A DNA stretch of 64,000 bases from the human T2T-CHM13v2.0 reference genome, Homo sapiens: assembly GCF_009914755.1 (NCBI RefSeq), contig NC_060947.1; one strand, given 5' to 3'. Both the position numbers and the translations under genes were made by a program. Every line of letters starts with the position of its first letter. Position 1 is the stretch's first letter. A model generated the notes under the pieces. The model had not been told where the DNA came from and did no database searches. It worked only from the letters and a program-made list of their open reading frames with translations. Positions 36,082-51,419 of this stretch are shown in pieces.

Positions 36082-37287
36082 AAATTTCTAGTCATATTTT
36101 CTCAAGTTATAAACCTAAGTATGTTTATAATAAAGTCATCATCTTTGATTTTACATTCATTCTTATTGGTTGATTTTGCTCATAAGAGAAATAAAGAGGA
36201 AAAATCTTTGCTCTGTGGTTCCAGATGGCTTACTTAACCTGGTACAGCCATCTCATGTGCCTATATTGATTAAAAAAAATAAACAAAAATATATACATAG
36301 CTCAAAAGTAAGCATGTTTTATAAGAGGCTGTCAATTACCATACATGTAATATGTGACTGGTAGACACCTATCAAAATTCATGAACATTTTCTTACTTTC
36401 TAAAGTTTTGTATTACTTATTTCATGGCATCTTTATGAAACAGGAGTTATATTTTTTGGTTAACAAATCTTCCCTGGTCCTAGAATATACATTAATGATA
36501 TGGGATAAAATTCTGTTCTGAATTCATATAAACACTGACTGATCTCCCTTACTCAACAAGTGTTTCCTCTTCCTCTGCTCCACTTTTATATTTATTTTTA
36601 GATATACGGCTAGAAACTCTAGCCATCTCTCCAATTATAATCATAAATTACAGAGCTGAAATTCAGAGAATATGATTTTCCTCAATGAACTTTTTAAGGC
36701 TTGTAAAAGATTAAATGACATAAATCAGCACTCTGGCACAATTATGCTATTCTAAAGGTCATTCAGAACCTTCTCCCATCAGTAGCTTTTTAATGGGGAT
36801 TCCTTGAGTTGTTTCCTGGATGATCTGTAGCCTTGTCTTTAATACCAAACAATCTCTTTTCGAAAGAGGAGGCACTTTGACAACCATTTTAACTTACTGA
36901 TCAAATTGTGCCATGGATTGTTCCCAATCACCATATCTTCATCTATGACCACTGGCTTCCGAAAGATATTTCCTAATGCAGCAGTAAAATTGGCTTCAAC
37001 GCTGGACATAGGCCAACTACCTCTGGCTTTGCTCCTCTGATGGCTTCTATCAAAGGGCTTTGAGCAGTTTTTGTCTGCACTTTGGCTTCTTTCTCAATAC
37101 AATGGAAGAGAAAGGTCATCATCTATAAACAACTCTATCTATTTAGAAGTACCAAGTTAACTACTTCCTAAGCCAAGGAATCCTATTATATGAATGCTAT
37201 ATATAAAATACTTTTCAGATATTGAAAAGTGATTCAAATGAAAAATTACATGTTTTCTGGATAAAAATAGACTTTTAAAATTAAATG

Positions 37288-37570
37288 GGCCGGGCACCAT
37301 GGCTTACGCCTGTAATTCAAGCACTTTGGGAGGTTGAGGCAGGCAGATCTCTTGAGCCCATGAGTTTGAGACCAGCCTAGGCAACATGGCGAAACCCGAT
37401 CTCTACAAAATATATAAAATATTAGCCAAGTGTGGTGGTGTGTGCCTGCAGTCCCAGCTACTTAGGAGGCTCAGGTGGAGGATCCCTTGAGCCTTGGAGG
37501 TGGGTATTGCAGTGAGCCCAGATAGCAACACTGCACTTCCGCGTGGGTGACAGAGACCTTGTCTCAAAAA
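37288..37570 (+). mobile_element. AluJ
   Basis: Diverged dimer with 'cttgagccc' in both arms. Confidence 0.9.
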
Positions 37571-37828
37571 ATTAATTAATCAATTAATGGCTTTATATTT
37601 AAATTATTCGAAGGCCTATGTAAAAATCCACAAAAATTCTCAGTGGTGCTTCTATTGACATTTTTATTTCCAGGTTATTGGTTTATTATTTTGACTAATG
37701 TTTGCTTTTCTCATAAGCAGTTGTCAATATCCATATCAGCATTAAACACACATCAATTTTGTCAAAAGTTGTGTGTTTTAACCAAATCTACAAGACAAAT
37801 AATAATACAAAAGGTGGCCTTTAGTTTT

Positions 37829-38224
37829 TGTTACGGACTGCATACTTTTATTATCTGGCTGTTCACCACCCCTAATGTGATGGTATTTGGAGAGATAATT
37901 GAAGAGTTATGCACTTTGGGAGGTAATTAGGATTACATCAGGTCAGGAGGGTGGGGTCTTCATGACAGGATTAGTATAATTTTAAGAATAGACATTAAAG
38001 AGCTTACCCTTTCTCTCTCTCTGAATATACACCATAGAAAGGCCATGTAAGCATACAGCAAGGAGTTGATCACTTGCAAGCCCAGGAGAGTACCCCCACC
38101 AGGGACTACATTGGCTTTCATCTTGATCTTGGAATTTCCAGCATGCAGAGCTGAGAAAACTAGAGTTCTGTTGTTTAAGCCATCCAGTCCATGGCATCTT
38201 GTAATGGGAGCTCAAACTAATACA
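37829..38224 (+). mobile_element. MLT1A/MST-type MaLR solo LTR
   Basis: 'tgttacggactg'..'aatgtgatggtatttggag'..'aaactaataca'. Confidence 0.8.
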
Positions 38225-38239
38225 GGTTTTAAAAAATTA

Positions 38240-38900
38240 ATACTGTTTTAATTGACAAATATTAATTGTATACATTTAAGGAGTACAAGTTGACTTTTTT
38301 TTTTTTTCAGAGACAGGGAGTTGCTCTGTCACCCAGGCTGGAGTGTAGTGGCATGGTCACGGCTCACTGCAGCTTCGACCTCCTGGGCCTGAGCGATCCT
38401 GGTGCTTCAGACACCAAGTAGCTGGGACAATAGTCGTGCACCATCACACCTGGCTAATCATCGTATTTTTTGTAGAGACAGAGTTTCACCAGGTTTTCCA
38501 GGCTGGTCTCAAACTCCTGAGCTCAGGCAATCTGCGTGCTTTGGCCTCCCAAAGTGCTGGGATTACAAGAGTGAGCCACCATGCCCAGCCATGATGTTTT
38601 GATATATGTATATAATGTGAAGTGACTAAGTCAAGTAAATTAACTTATCCGTCACTTTGTTTACCTATCATTTTTATGGTGAGATATTTGAAATATCTTC
38701 TCAGTTATGTTGAAATATACAATACATTATTATTGACTATAGTCACCCTCCTGTATAATAGATCCCAAACTTATTTCTTCTATCTGACATTTTGTACTCT
38801 TTGGCCAACTCCCCATTTTTCCCCTTCCCACCTCCCTGCCTAGCCTCTAATAACTATCGTTCTTTCATTCTGTGAGTTAAACTTTTTTAGATTCCACATA
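38240..38900 (-). mobile_element. L1MA 3' end, interrupted by AluJ
   Basis: 'ttaattgacaaa..aattgtatacattta', 'atacaatacattattattgactatagtcacc', 'ttttagattccacata'. Confidence 0.8.
38295..38590 (-). mobile_element. AluJ
   Basis: Antisense dimer with 'cactgcagcttcgacctcctggg'. Confidence 0.9.
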
Positions 38901-39099
38901 TTCTAAGAAATATAGAAAAATAGGCATTTTTCTTTCGATTTCCTTTGTTTATTAATCAACGGTGAGTAACTCCTTAAAAGATTATTTTAATAAAATTCCA
39001 TGGAATAATATTCCATGAAAAACACCACATCCTGGTGTGGTAAGAACAAATTGGCATTTTAAAGATGAATACTGATTACAGATATCTTTAAGGAACAAC

Positions 39100-39320
39100 A
39101 GAATAAATTGATATTAATTGCTATGTTTCAGATACTGTACTATCTAAATATATAGGTTTAACCCTTAACTCCTAAATATGGCTCTTTTTAGCAATGAAGA
39201 AACTAAAGCTTAAAGAGTTAGGGTAGCTTGTAAAACCATAGGCCTAACAAACAAGAACAGGGAGTAGAATTTATAGTATCTAAAACCCTGTGTTCTTTCC
39301 ACCAAGCCATATTACCTCTC
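39100..39320 (-). mobile_element. MIR
   Basis: Antisense MIR core 'aatgaagaaactaaagcttaaagagtta'. Confidence 0.6.
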
Positions 39321-39519
39321 ATAACATGAAGACTCTTTTTTAGTTCTCAATCTATCAAGTAGTTAAGAGACTGTGGGACTTGAGGTCTTATCCTTCTCTG
39401 AAACTAACAATAGGTTTAAGATGCTCTAGAATACTACTTTTCAAGTTTCATTGCATTGATTCTCAATGATTCCAAGTTGATATTTTCTGAGTTAATAGGA
39501 AACTCCATTATTAGTAATG

Positions 39520-39745
39520 TCAATTAATATAATAGTTAAGAATAAAAACTGATACAGTTCTACCTGGTTGAAGTCTCAACTCTATTTAAATAATATTTTA
39601 TGCCTCTTGTACCACATTTATAAAATAAGTCAAATAATAGTAGATAATTTGTAGAGTTACTGTAAGGATTAAGGGAGGCAATATATCTAAAGTATTTAGA
39701 AATGCGCCTTGTTGGCATTTTGTAGGCACTACATAATTACTAGTA
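39520..39745 (+). mobile_element. MIR
   Basis: 'tataaaataag..ataatagta..gttactgtaaggattaa..aaagtatttagaa..gtaggcact'. Confidence 0.6.
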
Positions 39746-42077
39746 ATTTTTGTGATTATAAATGAAGCAAATGATGTTTCCTCTTCTTTTGGGAAAAAAA
39801 AGAGGAAACATACATTATTTAGAAGTGGTTAAGTGTTCGAAAATTAGTGACTGTATTTTGGTCTCAGATTCTTAGACTGGTTGGGGAAAACATAATCTTT
39901 GTAAGAAGAAGATGGCATGCTCATGCACTGAAATCATCCATTGTTTATTTTGTTGTTTCATAAAACAAGAAAAAGGACTTTATTTTATTCAGTGTTTTAT
40001 TTCCAGGACCTCAAAAAGTGCCTGGTATATATGTATTTGTTGAATTAATTCTGAATAAAAGGCTTTTTTTATTCCTTATAGACAGTGTAGATTTGTATAT
40101 GTGTTTCTGGGGCAGGGGATAACTTGAAAATAATTTGAATGGGTCTCAGAAGTCATGTATCCTAAAACTGGCTTTTCTTTTTCCTTTCTGTCTGTTTTTT
40201 AAGCAAGAGGTTTAATTCTCTTAGCATCAGTTTTTCTATCTCTAAGTCAGAAATGATATTTATCTCCTGCTCTAAACACATCCCAGGTTTGTATTTATAA
40301 TGAATTGAGAACTAAAGGCACTTAATAAATGATAAACTGATAAGTATCAGTTGCCAAAAAAAAGTATTGAACTAAATCCCCAATCAAGAATGTATATTAT
40401 AATATCTTTACATATATAAGGCAAAAACAATGACTTCTGAGAATTTTTTAAACATATTAAGCATCAAACCTCACCAAAGTTTTGGAATAGCAAGTCTTTA
40501 TTACCAATGTCATAACAATTTTTAATTACTTTTAAAAAACTAATAATTCTAAAGTGTAAAGTAAAACTCTTTTTAGGTGGACAGTTTAATGATTCTTGAC
40601 AAATATATAAAATAATGTAATCTCTACCACAGTCAAGATACAGAATACTTCCATAACCACAAAAAAGTCTGCTACTGTGTAACTTGTCCTCTCCACCATT
40701 CCTAGCCTCTATCCTCAATTCTGGGCCAGAACTTCTCTGCTTCAGGGGACACATTTTTCTGCGTTTCAGGTCTCTTTGGAAGAGCTTATATCACTTTAGA
40801 ATTCAGACTGCTTTGACCTATTTGCCCTGCTTGCCGTGTAACCTTAACTATTTGATGGGCTCAAGAAAGTAAATTATTTTTTAGATTATCTGACATTTTC
40901 TTATTTCTACTGTGGTACCAATGCTCCTGCTTTCATCTTGCATAAAAATGCTTTATACATGTTTTATATATCCATATATCCTTCTTGGAAATTAAACTAT
41001 GATGATTTTCTGGACATATATTACCATGCTCAAAAGAAAAGTCAGAAGCAATTCTAATGTATCATTTCATCTCCAAAAAGCAATCCTAATCAACCCAATA
41101 GTTGTCTTTATTTTGGTTGTCCTATTTCTATCACGCCCTCCAATTCCAAATTTTCTTCCAATTTTGCATATCAAAAATATTTGTGTTTTTTTTGTCTCTT
41201 TATATACTTGTAGATTTGGGATGTTATTTCATGTTTAAAGACACTGTAGGAAAGTGCCAAATTTCCTTGATGTCTTCAAGCCTGAAAAAAAGATATAGAA
41301 AATCTCCTTAAAAACTCCCAGTTTGACCTACTAAATTTTCAAAGAAAGAGAAAGGAGGAGACAGAAAAGGAAAGAGAGAGAAGGAAGGTGGGGAGTAGGG
41401 AGCACTGATTGTAGCCGAAATGTCTACTCATCGAGTAGTAAATGGAAGTTATTTTTCTAGATATTACCTTTGCATAAGTTTAGTCTTTTTAGAAATTGAT
41501 GAATGTGTGCATTGTATACATTTTTAATGCTTATTTTAAAATTTGCAATAGATATGTCCTACTCCTTAGAAGAATACTTTCTATTTTTATAGTCAATTAA
41601 GCTGGTGTATAATTTAGAACAATATTTGACCATAACAAAAGTATTAAGAAAACTGCTGCATAGAATTACTGCCCCTCCGCAACAAAATTTATTGTGAGCC
41701 CCTGTATATAAACTCCATTAATTTGGGTTGTGAAAAAAAAGAACTTACAAAGTTGTTTCTTTCAGGAAAGATAAAATTCTTTGGCAAGCTACATTCCCAA
41801 CATATGAACATATGGTTCTCTTTTATACTCATCCTTTGTCATTAATCAAGATTATGGTATCATATTCCAAACGTAAATGATCTACACGTTTTCTTAGCAT
41901 TTTTTATATTAATCGGTGTCATTGTGATAATTCATTGAGTAATTATGCATTACATTAAATTGTGGACTTGATTTCTATTTTTGTTTCCTGACAGGCTACA
42001 GTTAAATCACATAATTGATGTAGTCCAATTTTGAGCCACATGAAATGGAAGGAAGAAATATGTAATTCATTGAAATA

Positions 42078-45000
42078 GGAAATTCTTCATATGGAACCAA
42101 AAAAGAGCCTGAATAACCAAAGAAATCCTAAGCAGAAAGAACAAATTTGGAGGCATCATATTACCTGACTTCAAACTATACTACAAGAATACAATAACCC
42201 AAACAGCATGAAACTAGTATAAAAGTAGATACATAGACCAATGGAACAGAATATAGAAGACAGAAATAAAGCCAGATACTTAAGACCAACTTATCTTTGA
42301 CAAAGAATACAAAAACATAAACTGTAGAAAAGACATCCTATTCAATAAATGATGCTGGGAAAATTGGACATCCCCAAGTAGAAGAATAAAACTGGATCCC
42401 TATCTCTCAGTATATATAAAAATTAACTCAAGATGGACTAAACACTTAAATGTAAGACCTGAAACCATAGAAATTCTAAAAGAGAAGATGGCAAAAACTC
42501 TTTTGGACACTGGCCTAGGCAAATAATTGATGACGAAGACCCCAAAAGCAAATGCAACAAAAGCAAAAATAAATAAATGGAACCTAATTAAACTAAAAAG
42601 CTTTGGTACAGCAAAAGAAATAATCTTCAGAGTAAAAAGAAAACCTACAGACTAAGGAAATTTTTGCAAATCATGCATTCGACAAAGAACAATATTCAGA
42701 ATCTACAAGGAACTCAAACAAAACAGCAAGAAGCAGCCAAATAATCCCATTAAAATTGGGCAAATGGCATTAATTGACACTTCTCAAAAGAAGATATACA
42801 AATGGTCAACAAACATATGAAAAAATGCTCAACATCACTGTATTAGTTCATTTTCACACTGCTGATAAAGACATATCTGAAACTGGAAACAAAAAGAGGT
42901 TTAATTGAACTTACAGTTCCACATGGCTGGGGAAGCCTCAGAATTATGGCAGGAGGCAAAGGGCACTACTTACACTACTTACATAGCAGCAGCAAGACAA
43001 AAATGAGGAAGAAGCAAAAGTGGAAACCCCTGATAAACCCATCAGATCACCTGAGACTTATTCACTATCATGAGAACAGCACGGGAAAGACCTGTCTCTA
43101 TGATTCAATTACCTCCCACTGAGTGTCTCCCACAACATGAGGGAATTTTGGAAGATATAATTCAAGTTGAGATTTGGGTGGGGACGTAGCCAAATCATAC
43201 TATTCTGCTCCTTGCCCCTCCAAATCTCATGTCCTCACATTTCAAAACCAATCATGCCTTTCCAACAGTTCCCCAAAGTCTTGACTCATTTCAGCATTAA
43301 CCCAAAAGCCCACAGTCCACAGTCTCATCTGAGACAAAGTAAGTCCCTTTCTCCTATAAGCCTGTAAAATCAAAAGTAAGCTAGTTAGTTCCTAAATACA
43401 ATGGGGGTACAGGCATTGGGTAAATATAGCCATTCCAAATGGGACAAGTTGACCAAAACAAAGGGGTTACAGGACCCATGCAAGTCCAAAATCCACTGGG
43501 GGAGTCAAATTTTAAAGCTCCAATGATCTCCTATAACTCCAGGTCTCACATCCAAGTCATGCTGATGCAAAAGGTGGTTTCCTATAGTCTTGGGCAGCTC
43601 CACCCCTGTGGCTTTGCAGGGTGCAGCTTCCCTCCTGGCTGCTTTCACTGGCTGGCATTGAGTGTCTGCGGCTTTTCCAGGTGCACGGTGCAAGAGGTTG
43701 GTGGATCTACCATTCTGGGGTCTGGAGGATGGTGGCCCTCTTCTCACTGTTCCAGTAGGCAGTGCCCTAGTAGGGACTCCGTGTGGGGGTGCCAACCTCA
43801 CATTTTCCTTCTGCACTACCCTAGCAGAGGTTGTCCATGAGAGCCCTATCCCTGCAGCAAACTTTTGCTTGGGCAACCAGGCGTTTCCATACATATTCTG
43901 AAATTTAGGCAGAGGTTCCCAAACCTCAATTCTTGTCTTCTGTGCACCTGCAGACTCAAAACCAAGTGGAAGCTGCCAAATCTTGGGGCTTCCACCCTCT
44001 GAAGCCACAGCCCAAGCTCTACATTTGGCCCTTTCAGCCACAGCTGGAGCAGCTGGGACACAGGGCACTAAGTCCCTAGGCTCCACACAGCACAGGGACC
44101 CTGGGCCTGGCCCCAAAACTACTTTTTCCTCCTGGGTGTTGGGGCCTGTGATAGGAGGGACTGCCGTGAAGGTCTCCGAGATGGCCTGGAGAAATTTTCC
44201 CCATGGTCTTGGGGATTAACATCAGGCTCCTTGCTACTTATGCAAATTTCTGCAGCCAGATTGAATTTCTCCTCCAAAAAATGGGTTTTTCTTTTCTACT
44301 GCATTGTCAGGCTGCAAATTTTCTGAACTTTTATGCTCTGTTTCCCTTTTAAAATGGAATGCTTTTAACAGCACCCAAGTCACCTTTTGAATGCTTTGCT
44401 ATTTAGACATTTCTTCCACCAGGTATCCTAAATTATCTCTCTCAAGTTCAAAGTTCCACAAATCTCTAGGGCAGGGGGGCAAAATGTGGCCAGGCTCTTT
44501 GCTAAAACATAAGAAGAGTCACCTTTGCTCCAGTTCCCAACAAGTTTCTCATCTCCATCTGAGACCACCTCAGCCTGGACCTTATTGTTCATATCACTAT
44601 CAGCATTTTTGTCAAAGCCATTCAACAAATTTCTAGAAGGATCCACACTTTCCCACATTTACCTGTCTTCTTCTGAGCCCTCCAAACTGTTCCAACCTCT
44701 GCCTGTTACCCCATTCCAAATTCGCTTCCAGGTTTTTGGGTATCTTTTCAACAACTCTACTGGTACCAATTTACCATATTACTTTGTTTTCATGCTGCTG
44801 ATAAAGATATACCCGAAACTGGGAACAAAAAAAGGTTTAATTGGACTTACAGTTCCATGTGGCTGGTGAGGCCTCTGAATCATGGCAGGAAGCAAAAGGT
44901 ACTTCTTACATGGCAGCGGCAAGAGAAAAATGAGGAAAAAGCAAAAGCAGAAATCCCTGATAAACCCATCAGATCTCACGAGACTTATTCACTATCATGA

Positions 45001-45520
45001 GAACAGCATGGGAAAGATGGGCCCCCATGATTCAATTACTTACCCCTGAGTCCCTCCCACAACACATGGGGATTTTGGGAGATACAATTTAAGTTGAGAT
45101 TTGGGACACAGCCAAACCATATCAACCACTAATCATCAAGGAAATGCAAATTAAAACTGCAATGAGGTACCACATTAATGCAACAAGAATGGCCATTATT
45201 AACAAGTCATTAAGCAATAGATGTTGGGATGGATGTGATTAAAAGGGAACACTTACACACTGCTGGTGGGAATATACATTAGCACAACTTCTATAGAAAA
45301 CAGTATGGAGGTTTCTCAAATAACTAAAAGTAGATCTACCATTCAATCCAGAAATGCTACTACCCAAAGGAAAAAAAAAAGTCCCTATTTCAAAAAGATA
45401 CCTGCACATGTATACTTATCACAGGACTATTCATAACTGGAGTTCACCATTATAAAATTCATCCATGTAACCAAAAAAACACTTGTATTCCTAACACTAT
45501 TGAAATAAAAAATTAAATTA
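42078..45520 (+). mobile_element. L1PB-type 3' portion, interrupted by THE1
   Basis: ORF2 3' sequence 42078-42838 resumes at 45130; ends 'catgtaacc..ctattgaaataaaa' with an apparent internal deletion near 45435. Confidence 0.85.
42839..45124 (-). mobile_element. Complete THE1 (ERVL-MaLR) element: LTRs 42839-43202 and 44775-45124
   Basis: Antisense LTR termini 'tgtattag'..'ccaaaccatatca'; TSD atcac / accac. Confidence 0.92.
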
Positions 45521-45814
45521 AAAGAATAAAGAATAAAATGAAATTTTAGAAAGTAAAAATAAATAATAAATGCTAATGCTTGTGTCATTTCTTCATGTTA
45601 TAGATTTTTATATGATCATTGCCCATCAACCCATCTTTAATTATCTAGTTTCCATTATGAAGTTTATTCAATATTTTTATCTTTAAGTATACATGAAGTA
45701 TAGAAAACATGTTTAATTATAAAATATCAAAATGTGAGCTTCTTTATGATAGTGCTATAAGACTATCCTTCTCATTTTGTTTAAAAAGCCATTTATTTTT
45801 TATGACAACTTTCT

Positions 45815-46235
45815 AAGTTCTTATTCATGGGAGCTAAATATTAAAACAATTGAAATCATGGAGATAAACAATAGAATAATGGTTCCCAGTGGCTAGGAAG
45901 GACAGTTGGTGGAGGGAGTGGTGAGGGGAAGTAGGGATGGATAGTAGTTACAAAAAAAGCAGTTAGAAAGAATGAATAAGATCTAGTATATGATAGCACA
46001 ACAGGGTGACTAGAGTCAATAATAATTTAATTGTTCACTGAAAAATAACTAAAAGGGTATAATTCGATTGTTCATAACACAAAGGATAAATTCTGGAGGT
46101 GATGGATACTTCATTTACCCTGATGTGATCATTAATATTGCATGCCTGTATCAAAATATCTAATATACCCCTTAAATGTATACATCATTTTTCCATAAAA
46201 ATTAAAAATTAAAAAAATAAAAATTAGAAAAAAAG
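45815..46235 (+). mobile_element. L1MA1/2-type 3' end
   Basis: 'gaatgaataagatctagta..gatagcacaacagggtgact', 'cataacacaaaggataaat', A-tail. Confidence 0.85.
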
Positions 46236-47889
46236 TTAAAAATGTTATTTCAGCAACCTCTATGGTTGACTAATGAGGATTAAAATATAATTTGGCTAAA
46301 CTTCAGTTCCCACTATTGAATTTAGGACTCACAAATTAACATGTAATTTTGAACTCTAAACACACTTTCTGGCTGTGACAATTGGACAAATAACTTCTTC
46401 CTCAGGGATTCACTATTGTCATCTTCAAAATGAAAGTTTGAAACTTGGTTATTTCTTCAGAAGCATTATCCCTAACAATTCTTAGACTTATTCTAAGGAC
46501 TTCATTTTAAATCTGTGAGTTTATCTGTAAAATAAAGAATAACTCATTGATTTGCCATTTTTTATTTAATGTTATAGATACATATTTGATTTTTAGGCAT
46601 AATGTGTGGTGAGAACAATTTTAACAACTCTACCTGCCATTCCTCTATTTTGCAATATTCAGGAGGCTTCAAATAAAAATCATTGAGTTTAGGCTAGTAG
46701 CACTCCCTGACGAAATGGGGAAGTTTGTATGACCCTTTTCTGATTACTTCAGGCAAAGAAGATATTTCCTAGGTCTGTAAGAGATCCACATTTACTTCAA
46801 GACAGAACCAAAATCTTGCTTTATAGGATTATTATTTTTTTCAACATGGATTTTGACTGTGCTATTTCTGATGAACAGAAAGAATGTTTTACTTTCAGAA
46901 ATGTGAATATTTAATAAACCAAGTAATAAGACACCTTTCAGGCTAAGAATTTCCACTGCTTGGATACTGAAAATTAAATTAACATTAAAGAATCCCAGAA
47001 TGAAGCAATACTAATGGCCACGCAGCTGAAGCCATCCAAGTCTTCTGAGGTTACTATTCAAACAAGCAACTGTAGGACTCTGTAAGACTCCAGAGATGAA
47101 GACTCAGTTTTATTTTAACTTGTGAAAAGGGGTACAATATTCTCAAGGGTGGAGATAGTATAGGTGATAGAAAGGAGGCTTTAAACACATAGGCATAAAA
47201 TTGAAGGTAGGAGAACCACAGTTTGAGTGGAGGGAATCCATGAGGAAAGCTCTTTTTGAGAAAGTCCAAATCATTAAATGCCTTTCCTATGAACTTATGG
47301 GGAAGCTCAATTTACCTAGCATTTTAATTTTTCTCTTTATCCCATCATAATTTTGTATTAATATTTCTTATATCAATACCAAAGAACTTTAAATAAGCCC
47401 ACACATTTTTGTACATTAGTGTTATATAGGCTGAAAGGTCACTGCATCAGGAGAAAGGGATCTTGTCAAACCAAATTCCATCTAAGCTTCAGCTGCGAAA
47501 AGCAATCTTCCCATGAGGTTGTCTGTTACTTATAATTTCAGGTGGTGATAGAGTGCTTCAATAATCTTAAGAAACTCTGGCTACTTCCATTTTTGAGGCT
47601 CATATGAAACCATGATTCTTTTTTAAATTTTATTTTTAATTGACAAATTAAAGATTGTTTATATTCATGATATATGACATGATGTTTTGCTATACAGTCA
47701 CGTGTCACTAAATGACGGAAATACGCTTTCTATATGCTTGATTCCAATCAGGTTCATGTGCTGATGAATATACCCTTAGTTATTTTCTAGGTTTCCTCTT
47801 TAGATTTGTTGAAGTTCTTTGCTTTCTTGTCTCTATGCCTCTGTCAACCTAAGACTGTGACAATCATATTATGGTGGAAGAGCTAAATC

Positions 47890-49693
<1,804 letters not shown>

Positions 49694-49879
49694 CACATGT
49701 ACATTGTGGAATAAATAAATCACAAAGAAAATGATAATTAAGTCAACATAAGTTAGCTAAAGTTTCTTTCCTAAGGATGGAAGGAGTAGCCTGTGAATTA
49801 TTATGCTTGATGCTTTTTTTGAGAATAGATAAACTAAAAGACCTTGATGTTGACCCAGAACTACCAAGAGTAGTAATCC

Positions 49880-50432
49880 TTTGTTGTTCTTTTTTGACTT
49901 CCCACTGACTCTCTATGTGTGAGAATGTTCTACATTAATGATGCAGAATATTCTCCTATTACAAAGACTTAAAATGCCAGATATTCACGTTCTTAGATTC
50001 CCTTGAAGCTAAGATGCAAGGACATGACTCACTATTGAAAAATAGTATTCACTGTCTCGGATATTGACCACATACCACTGGCTAGAAGAAGCAGGGCCAT
50101 GCAGAAACCCCTGCGATGATGGCATTGTCATGGCAGTTGATACATCCAATGTCTCGAAGCTGGAGTGATATCACTTGTAGCAGTATCATTAAGCTGTGCT
50201 CACAATAAGCAAGTTGTGGTGTCTGTGACCATTGGCAATAATAACGTTATCTTTATAAATCTAATACTGTGGCATTATTTGGGGCATATCTTCTGGCACC
50301 ACAGACACAAGGCTTGGTTGTACTGTCTTCCTAGAAATCCTTTGAGCTTTCAAATATTCCCAAAAGATAGTTTCTGCTTATTAATCAGAAGTGGTTTCTG
50401 CTGCTTAAACCCCAAAAACCCCAATGGATACA
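49880..50432 (+). mobile_element. Old ERVL LTR (LTR33/LTR16-like)
   Basis: 'agattcccttgaagcta..gacatgact'; ends 'gtggtttctgctgctt..ccaatggataca'. Confidence 0.55.
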
Positions 50433-50929
50433 CAAATTAAGAAGTAGAATAATCTGCTTTTAGTCCATATATAACATTGATGGTGCCTAAAACAACTCTT
50501 ACTGAATAGTTACTTAAATATAACATGTTGAATTGAGCCTTATAGTGTAAACGTTAATTGAATCTCTGCTTTTAGCCACTCCTTAAAATCTTTCCTTAGG
50601 AATGATGTACATGAATTGCATGTTAGATTAAGCATCATAGATTAAAAAGAATAAAACCTATATATTAGTTAATTTGTAATATTATTAGTAACACTGATAC
50701 TAACAGGGAAATGTGTTAAGTCTCCTTAGATGTCTGGCAGCAAATCTTATCCCTCCTTCTCTCTTTTTCTGTCCAAACTATCTCTCTTTCTCTGATACGC
50801 CAGATTGTCCATTTTTTTAATCACATAAGTACCAAATCATTCTATAAGCTTTCAGGGGTTATGCTGAATCTTAGTAGTTTCACAGAGTAAGGCATATAGA
50901 AAGATAGACTGCTAGATAGGTAAGTAATA

Positions 50930-50930
<1 letters not shown>

Positions 50931-50976
<46 letters not shown>
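50931..50976. repeat. (TAGA)n/(GATA)n tetranucleotide STR, about 11 units
   Basis: Perfect run. Confidence 0.97.
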
Positions 50977-50978
<2 letters not shown>

Positions 50979-51419
50979 CTCCAGGTAAATTATTATCACT
51001 GAAAATAAATAAGCTTATAACAAGAGCATGCTTGTAGGAACTTAAGAAGTGGTACAATTATAAAAATATCAAGTTTCTGTTATACTCCTAAGAATTACTA
51101 TTAAACTTAATTTCTTGAGTGATTTCAGTATCTTAAGGAGAGATAAGTTTCACAATAAAATCACTATCATTTAAACTAAAGAAAAAAATGTTTCTGTGTC
51201 AATTCTTCTCTAACATTAAAGAAACAAGTAAGGAAGAAAACTATTACAGATAAAATATTTTTGCTTAAACACAAATTTAATATTCCCAATTACACAGGTA
51301 TATTAAGGGCCTCCTCGTGAATTTAAAAGTACTCATTGCATCTATTGACAATGGCCTCTTCTAATATCTTTTTTCTTATCAGTCTTTCTAAAAGGAGTAT
51401 TATCATATATTACTGGTTT

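Noticed and set aside
38999-39017. 9-bp inverted repeat catggaata / tattccatg
   Set aside because: Too short to distinguish from chance
41970-42066. Strong plus-strand splice acceptor (tttcctgacag|g)
   Set aside because: All three frames close quickly and the donor is weak
43439-44869. ORFs up to 203 aa in the THE1 internal region (also 17.2-18.4 kb)
   Set aside because: Fragments of the decayed MaLR internal sequence, with no sign of an intact or domesticated ORF
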